The notes under the pieces are model-generated. The model was not told where the DNA came from. It did no database searches and worked only from the letters and a program-made list of their open reading frames with translations. A DNA stretch of 64,000 nt from an uncultured Desulfatitalea sp. (lineage in GTDB: Bacteria; Desulfobacterota; Desulfobacteria; Desulfobacterales; Desulfosarcinaceae): positions 1,920,001-1,984,000 of the forward strand of contig CAXXMB010000002.1 of assembly GCA_963668675.2 (NCBI GenBank). The letters run 5' to 3'. Position numbers and translations under genes: made by a program. This document shows positions 59,662 through 64,000 of this stretch, piece by piece. How positions within the stretch are numbered: the first letter of the stretch is position 1; the number at the start of each line of letters is the position of its first letter.

Positions 59662-60363
59662 TCCCCAACCTCCAATCCACCTGCACTTTATATACGAGCT
59701 AAGAAACGATGGGCCATGTACGGACAAAAAAAACTTGATAGAAGCCTTCGGAGAAATTATCGTCTTTTTCCCTTTGAACTTTAGAAAAATGTTTTAGGAA
59801 TCCCTTCATTAATCAATGTGTTATCAGGCCTCGAGGCGCATTAAAAATATTCCGGCGCAGTAAAAAGATTTCAATTTGTGGAGAGATATTTTCATTGCTG
59901 ATAGATTTTGTTACCAGGCAAAGTGAGGGTTATCCCTCGTGCTTATGAGTGATTTTGTTTGGTAACCACAGTCGAAATCGATAACTCTCTAAATGAAATC
60001 TTTAGGCTTATTTTTTTTAATAATTAGATTGATCTCCAGTCCTTTAAAGAATTTCGTAAAATTTTAGTATAATAGGTCTGATGCGAAGTGTGTTCACCGA
60101 AGATGATTTGTTTTAAATTTTACGGCGATGTCAGGTTAATTGATCATTATGTCGTTGAGATGGATATGCTGATTAATGGTTGCTAAGTTAGAATTTTGAC
60201 CTGCTCGAAAAATAGCATAGGGGTGTGACCGATCCGGTCACTCGATGCACAGCAAACGGCGCTTTTTTCATTGGGATAGGCGATACTGTGGCTTAATAGT
60301 TTGACAGGTTGGTGCTCAAATATTTAGATATTATTAAAATTCAAACTGTTATCAGGAGAACCA

Positions 60364-60651
60364 ATGAACAAACTCGACCTCATCAAAGCTCTGAAAGATT
60401 CCCAAAACCTGTCCGGATCCGAAGCCACCAAATGTTTCAACATCTTTTTCGATTCTATGACTGAAGCGCTTGCAAATGGTGATCGTGTTGAAATCCGTGG
60501 ATTGTGCACCCTTTACGTCAAAGAATATGAACCGTATGTCGGGCGCAATCCAAAGAGTGGCGAGCCCGTTCAGGTGAAACCGAAAAAGCTGCCGTTTTTT
60601 AAGGCCGGTACTGAGTTGAAACGGCGGGTGGATAATCTTTCAAAGACTTGA
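60364..60651 (+). CDS. Integration host factor beta-like protein (second intact copy)
   Basis: GDRVEIRGLC, GRNPKSGE, PFFKAGTELK. Confidence 0.93.
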   Translation: MNKLDLIKALKDSQNLSGSEATKCFNIFFDSMTEALANGDRVEIRGLCTLYVKEYEPYVGRNPKSGEPVQVKPKKLPFFKAGTELKRRVDNLSKT

Positions 60652-60661
60652 GGCGAATCCC

Positions 60662-61546
60662 ATGAATAATTTGCGCATACCCCAGCATTTTCATTACATC
60701 ATTCCAATTATTGAGGTTTTAAAGGAGCTTGGCGGCTCGGGCAGAGCAGGTGAGGTCACAGATCTTGTCACTGAAAAGCTTAACATCCCAGATGAAGAGA
60801 TCGAGGAAACGATTTCGTCTGGACAATCCAGGATAAAAAACCAGATTCAATGGGCAAGGTTCATGCTCGTTAAAACGGGATATTTGGATTCATCGACTCG
60901 CGGGGTATGGTCACTCACGGAAAAAGGGCTTAAATCCGATCTCAAAGATAGTGATTTGCTGGATTTATATGAAGTGCGAAAGAACTGGTCGAAGGAGGCA
61001 AGACTAAAACGAAAAAGCAAAGCTATCGACGATGATAACGATGCCGAGATCATTCCAGATGATGAAGAGGATATTTCAAGTGACCAGATCGATTATAGGG
61101 CAGAACTTTTAAATACGCTTAAGGGATTATCACCAGCCGGATTTGAACGAATTTGTCAAAGGTTGCTCCGAGAATCAGGATTCGAACAAGTAACTGTTAC
61201 CGGACGCTCAGGTGATGGTGGTATTGATGGAATAGGATTACTTCAGGTCAATCCGTTTGTAAGTTTCAAGGTGTTGTTCCAATGCAAACGTTTTAAAGAA
61301 ACTGTAGGGGCACCAGTGGTGAGAGATTTCAGAGGCGCTATGATGGGAAGGGCAGATAAAGGGATAATAATGACAACTGGAACCTTTACCCAAAATGCCA
61401 AACGTGAAGCGCGTCGAGATGGTGTAACACCGATTGAATTGGTCGATGGTGAAAAATTGGTCGAGATGTTCGAAATGTATGAGCTCGGATTAAAACCGGT
61501 TAAGACTTATGAGATGGATTATCAGTTTTTTGAGGAGTTTGAATAA
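60662..61546 (+). CDS. mrr: Mrr-family type IV restriction endonuclease
   Basis: Mrr_N: NQIQWARFMLVKTGYL...RGVWSLT; catalytic GRSGDGGIDG, QCKR, LVDGEKL. Confidence 0.92.
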   Translation: MNNLRIPQHFHYIIPIIEVLKELGGSGRAGEVTDLVTEKLNIPDEEIEETISSGQSRIKNQIQWARFMLVKTGYLDSSTRGVWSLTEKGLKSDLKDSDLLDLYEVRKNWSKEARLKRKSKAIDDDNDAEIIPDDEEDISSDQIDYRAELLNTLKGLSPAGFERICQRLLRESGFEQVTVTGRSGDGGIDGIGLLQVNPFVSFKVLFQCKRFKETVGAPVVRDFRGAMMGRADKGIIMTTGTFTQNAKREARRDGVTPIELVDGEKLVEMFEMYELGLKPVKTYEMDYQFFEEFE

Positions 61547-61612
61547 AAGCAATATCGTACCGCTTGAGTCGTCGTCATAATCATGGAGAAATCAACTCGC
61601 AGTTACGTTCTG

Positions 61613-62146
61613 TTATTTTACCCCAGAAGGTGAAAATCTTATTCCAAGCTCCACAAATGGCCTTGATAACCCGGAAGGGTGTCTTGGAAATGGTACTGCG
61701 TTTTTAACCGCAGAATAAGCCGATTGGTTGAACATTTCATCGTCTGATGGATCCACCAACTCAATATCTTTCAACTTACCATCAGGTAACACTTTAAAAA
61801 CGATTCCAGCGTTAAGATCTCTTCCTCCTGCTAACCGTTCATCATAGGACCATTCTTGTTGAACTTTGTAGGCAATTTTCAAGCGGTAAGCATCAACATT
61901 GGCAGATTTTTCGTAGCCCTGTTTTAATTTGTTTGTATTTTTAGATATTTTGATCACTTCAGCAATATTACTTTTTTGATATCCTACCGTTGCTCCGTAT
62001 TGTCGGCATATTATCAAATCGCCTTGCTCCCAACATTTCTCGGATTCAACTCGATGTCCATTTTTCAGTACGATACTATCCGCGAATATGATAGCTGGTG
62101 CAACGACAACTGAAATTATAGTTGAAAGTATTAGCAATAGTCTCAT
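61613..62146 (-). CDS. Exported protein with a TonB/TolA C-terminal domain
   Basis: Signal peptide; KVQQEW, PDGKL, SDDEMFNQSAYSAV...PFP. Confidence 0.75.
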   Translation of the reverse strand: MRLLLILSTIISVVVAPAIIFADSIVLKNGHRVESEKCWEQGDLIICRQYGATVGYQKSNIAEVIKISKNTNKLKQGYEKSANVDAYRLKIAYKVQQEWSYDERLAGGRDLNAGIVFKVLPDGKLKDIELVDPSDDEMFNQSAYSAVKNAVPFPRHPSGLSRPFVELGIRFSPSGVK

Positions 62147-62227
62147 TATTTACCCTGTGCTGAAATTAACGATTTATCGAACAGATCAATTTATTATCAT
62201 TATTGCAAATCAGGCTCAATAAAACAG

Positions 62228-62386
62228 ATGCTCCCCAAACTCATCGGCATCATATTCGGCATCCTGGCAGTCGGCGTCTTAGCCTGGAAATTTAGGGAAA
62301 CGCCACTTTGTCGACCGTGAATCATGTTGCCCTTTGGCCTGGGCGTCGGGTACGCTGTGTATTGGGTGGTGAGGAGGATAGTTTGA
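62228..62386 (+). CDS. 52-aa membrane micro-protein with a CxxU motif, copy 2 (candidate selenoprotein)
   Basis: MLPKLIGIIFGILAVGVLAWKFRETPLCRP-TGA-IMLPFGLGVGYAVYWVVRRIV; TGA at 62318-62320. Confidence 0.6.
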
Positions 62387-62428
62387 GATCAGTTTCCAAT
62401 GATTGGACATAGCTCAACATCTCCGTAA

Positions 62429-62570
62429 ATCTACCATAAAAGTTGACGGCTTTTTGTTCCTTTTAACGGATTTAAACGGTCAAAAAAGGCAATAAAATCA
62501 GGCGGGATTCGCGCCGGCGCGATCTCTCACGCCGGTAGAGGTTCCTACTGTGATTCTGTGATCTACCATA
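62429..62570 (+). repeat. att-like site: 14-bp tRNA-Glu core between 10-bp direct repeats
   Basis: CTCTCACGCCGGTA (62524-62537) is the reverse complement of 2296-2309; ATCTACCATA at 62429 and 62561. Confidence 0.6.
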
Positions 62571-62615
62571 TCAAATGTGGTCCATTCGTAGAATACAATT
62601 TCTAATATGCCGGAG

Positions 62616-63248
62616 TCAGCCTTTGATATCATATACGCTAACTCTAAAATTATTTGGCGTATGAAGAGATATATAATGATCCTCATCTTCCGTCCGTTCT
62701 CTAATCAGGATATTTGAATTGATGTTACTCTTTTGGGTTGTAGAATCAGTAATAATCCGAAGAACAGGCAATTCTCCATACGATTTTCTCTCCAGAGTAT
62801 TAAGTCCATCATATTTGCAGGGCGTCAAGATGAACTGCGAAAATGTTATTCCTTCAACGCCCCAGACTGTTGCTTTTAGCAATACTTTTGATACTGGTAT
62901 TTTAAAAATTGGAGACCGGTCTATACCACTTCCTTGATGTGTGAAGATGATCTTGTTCAACACAATTCCAGCCATTGATTCACTGATCATCAATTCGAAG
63001 TCAGATTCTGAAACACTGCTATCTACGAATGCTGACTTGTTCACCCCAAAATAGTTAGCAACTCCATCTAATTTATTATGTGGTATTCCTCGCTGTTGCC
63101 ATTTTATTATGGTTGCCTCGGAGGTGTCGAATTCATTGGCAAGGTCCTTTCTCCGCCATGTTTTAATATTACGGGCTTTTCTAAGCCTCTCACCGCTTAA
63201 GTTTTTACTCGTCAAAGGCTTTTTGTCCACGTTTGTCCACCTATACAA
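62616..63248 (-). CDS. XRE/Cro-type HTH regulator
   Basis: GERLRKAR....RKDLANEFDTSEATIIKWQQRGIP..KLDGVANYFGV. Confidence 0.8.
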   Translation of the reverse strand: MYRWTNVDKKPLTSKNLSGERLRKARNIKTWRRKDLANEFDTSEATIIKWQQRGIPHNKLDGVANYFGVNKSAFVDSSVSESDFELMISESMAGIVLNKIIFTHQGSGIDRSPIFKIPVSKVLLKATVWGVEGITFSQFILTPCKYDGLNTLERKSYGELPVLRIITDSTTQKSNINSNILIRERTEDEDHYISLHTPNNFRVSVYDIKG

Positions 63249-63315
63249 CCCATAAATATTATTCTATTTTTTGATCATATCAAAGAACTCAATTTCATTC
63301 AAGGAGGTATGATCA

Positions 63316-63750
63316 ATGTCGCTATTAAGTGATGGTGTTTTTTCAAGTGTTTCGTTCTATGGATGTGGTGATTTTCAGTTCGATTGTATTTCGCACGCAC
63401 ACAAAATTCTTCTAAAAAGCATAACCAAGAGGCAAAGAGCTAAATTCAAAAAACAGGGTACGATTCCATTACAGCTACTGAAAGTGCTTTGGGACCTGGG
63501 ATGGATTCCCGGAGATACTGCACCTGGAATGGGTATGAATATTAAGTTGTTGTTGAATTTATTACAAAGTGGGCCTTTCAGAAACGCAAGGCAACAAGCG
63601 CGATGTTCCTGGCTGTATGAAAAAATTGTGAAAGAGGAGCTAATGTCAAAGCCCAAATGGTTAGTTTCCAGCCGCGAGCTTTACTTAAATGTAGGAAAGA
63701 AATGCGTTCCGCTCTCCGAAATTAGGAAACACCCGGGGACTATTGTGTAA
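63316..63750 (+). CDS. Hypothetical protein
   Basis: AGGAGG RBS; 144 aa; divergent from the XRE gene. Confidence 0.6.
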   Translation: MSLLSDGVFSSVSFYGCGDFQFDCISHAHKILLKSITKRQRAKFKKQGTIPLQLLKVLWDLGWIPGDTAPGMGMNIKLLLNLLQSGPFRNARQQARCSWLYEKIVKEELMSKPKWLVSSRELYLNVGKKCVPLSEIRKHPGTIV

Positions 63751-63752
63751 CT

Positions 63753-63986
63753 ATGAGAACCAACAGCCCGGCCAGCGATACTATGAACAGCTATTTAACC
63801 CAGAAGGAAGCCGCCTCATATTTAAAAGTCGCAAAAAGCACAATATCGATGATGACATCAAGAGGAGAATTAACGCATTACCGCATTGGTAGATCTGTCA
63901 GATATAAGCGTGATGACCTTGACAAGTTTATGCTTTCCCGTAAAATATCGGGATCGTATGAAGAATTGGGTCGGAAAGCGAGGTGA
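63753..63986 (+). CDS. Excisionase-like HTH_17 protein
   Basis: YLTQKEAASYLKVAKSTI...RIGRSVRYKRDDLDKF. Confidence 0.88.
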   Translation: MRTNSPASDTMNSYLTQKEAASYLKVAKSTISMMTSRGELTHYRIGRSVRYKRDDLDKFMLSRKISGSYEELGRKAR

Positions 63987-64000
63987 AAATGGGAATTTAT

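Overview
This is a bacterial window, probably from a sulfate-reducing deltaproteobacterium (inferred from gene content only). After a partial class III adenylate/guanylate cyclase (1-1840, minus strand), the sequence enters a composite integrated element at the 3' half of tRNA-Glu(CTC) (2266-2314). From left to right the element carries: (1) three replication modules, namely a P4-type SF3 helicase, a Prim-Pol/DnaB fusion, and a Rep-like gene followed by 21-bp iterons; (2) two unusual defence-like fusions, TIR + sigma70 region 4 and an HsdR-N nuclease + SeqA-like domain; (3) SRAP and S9 peptidase genes; (4) a complete type 1 BREX operon with two nested modules (ABC-ATPase + PD-(D/E)xK protein, and a GmrSD/BrxU-like nuclease) and a BrxL that lacks the Lon protease domain; (5) an ssb / SWIM-annealase / exonuclease / UvrD / DUF932 recombination operon; (6) a sigma54-regulated acyl-CoA catabolic cluster. 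The right end repeats the pattern IHF gene - cargo - 52-codon membrane ORF - att-like site twice. The ORF track missed two things. Both copies of the 52-codon ORF keep an in-frame TGA inside a C-R-P-(TGA) motif and show synonymous divergence on both sides of it, which makes them a candidate new CxxU micro-selenoprotein. A second probable selenoprotein (NPKGR-U-C with a SECIS-like hairpin) lies next to the first copy. I found no integrase, relaxase, T4SS, capsid gene or CRISPR array. All family calls come from reading motifs by eye; no database searches were run.
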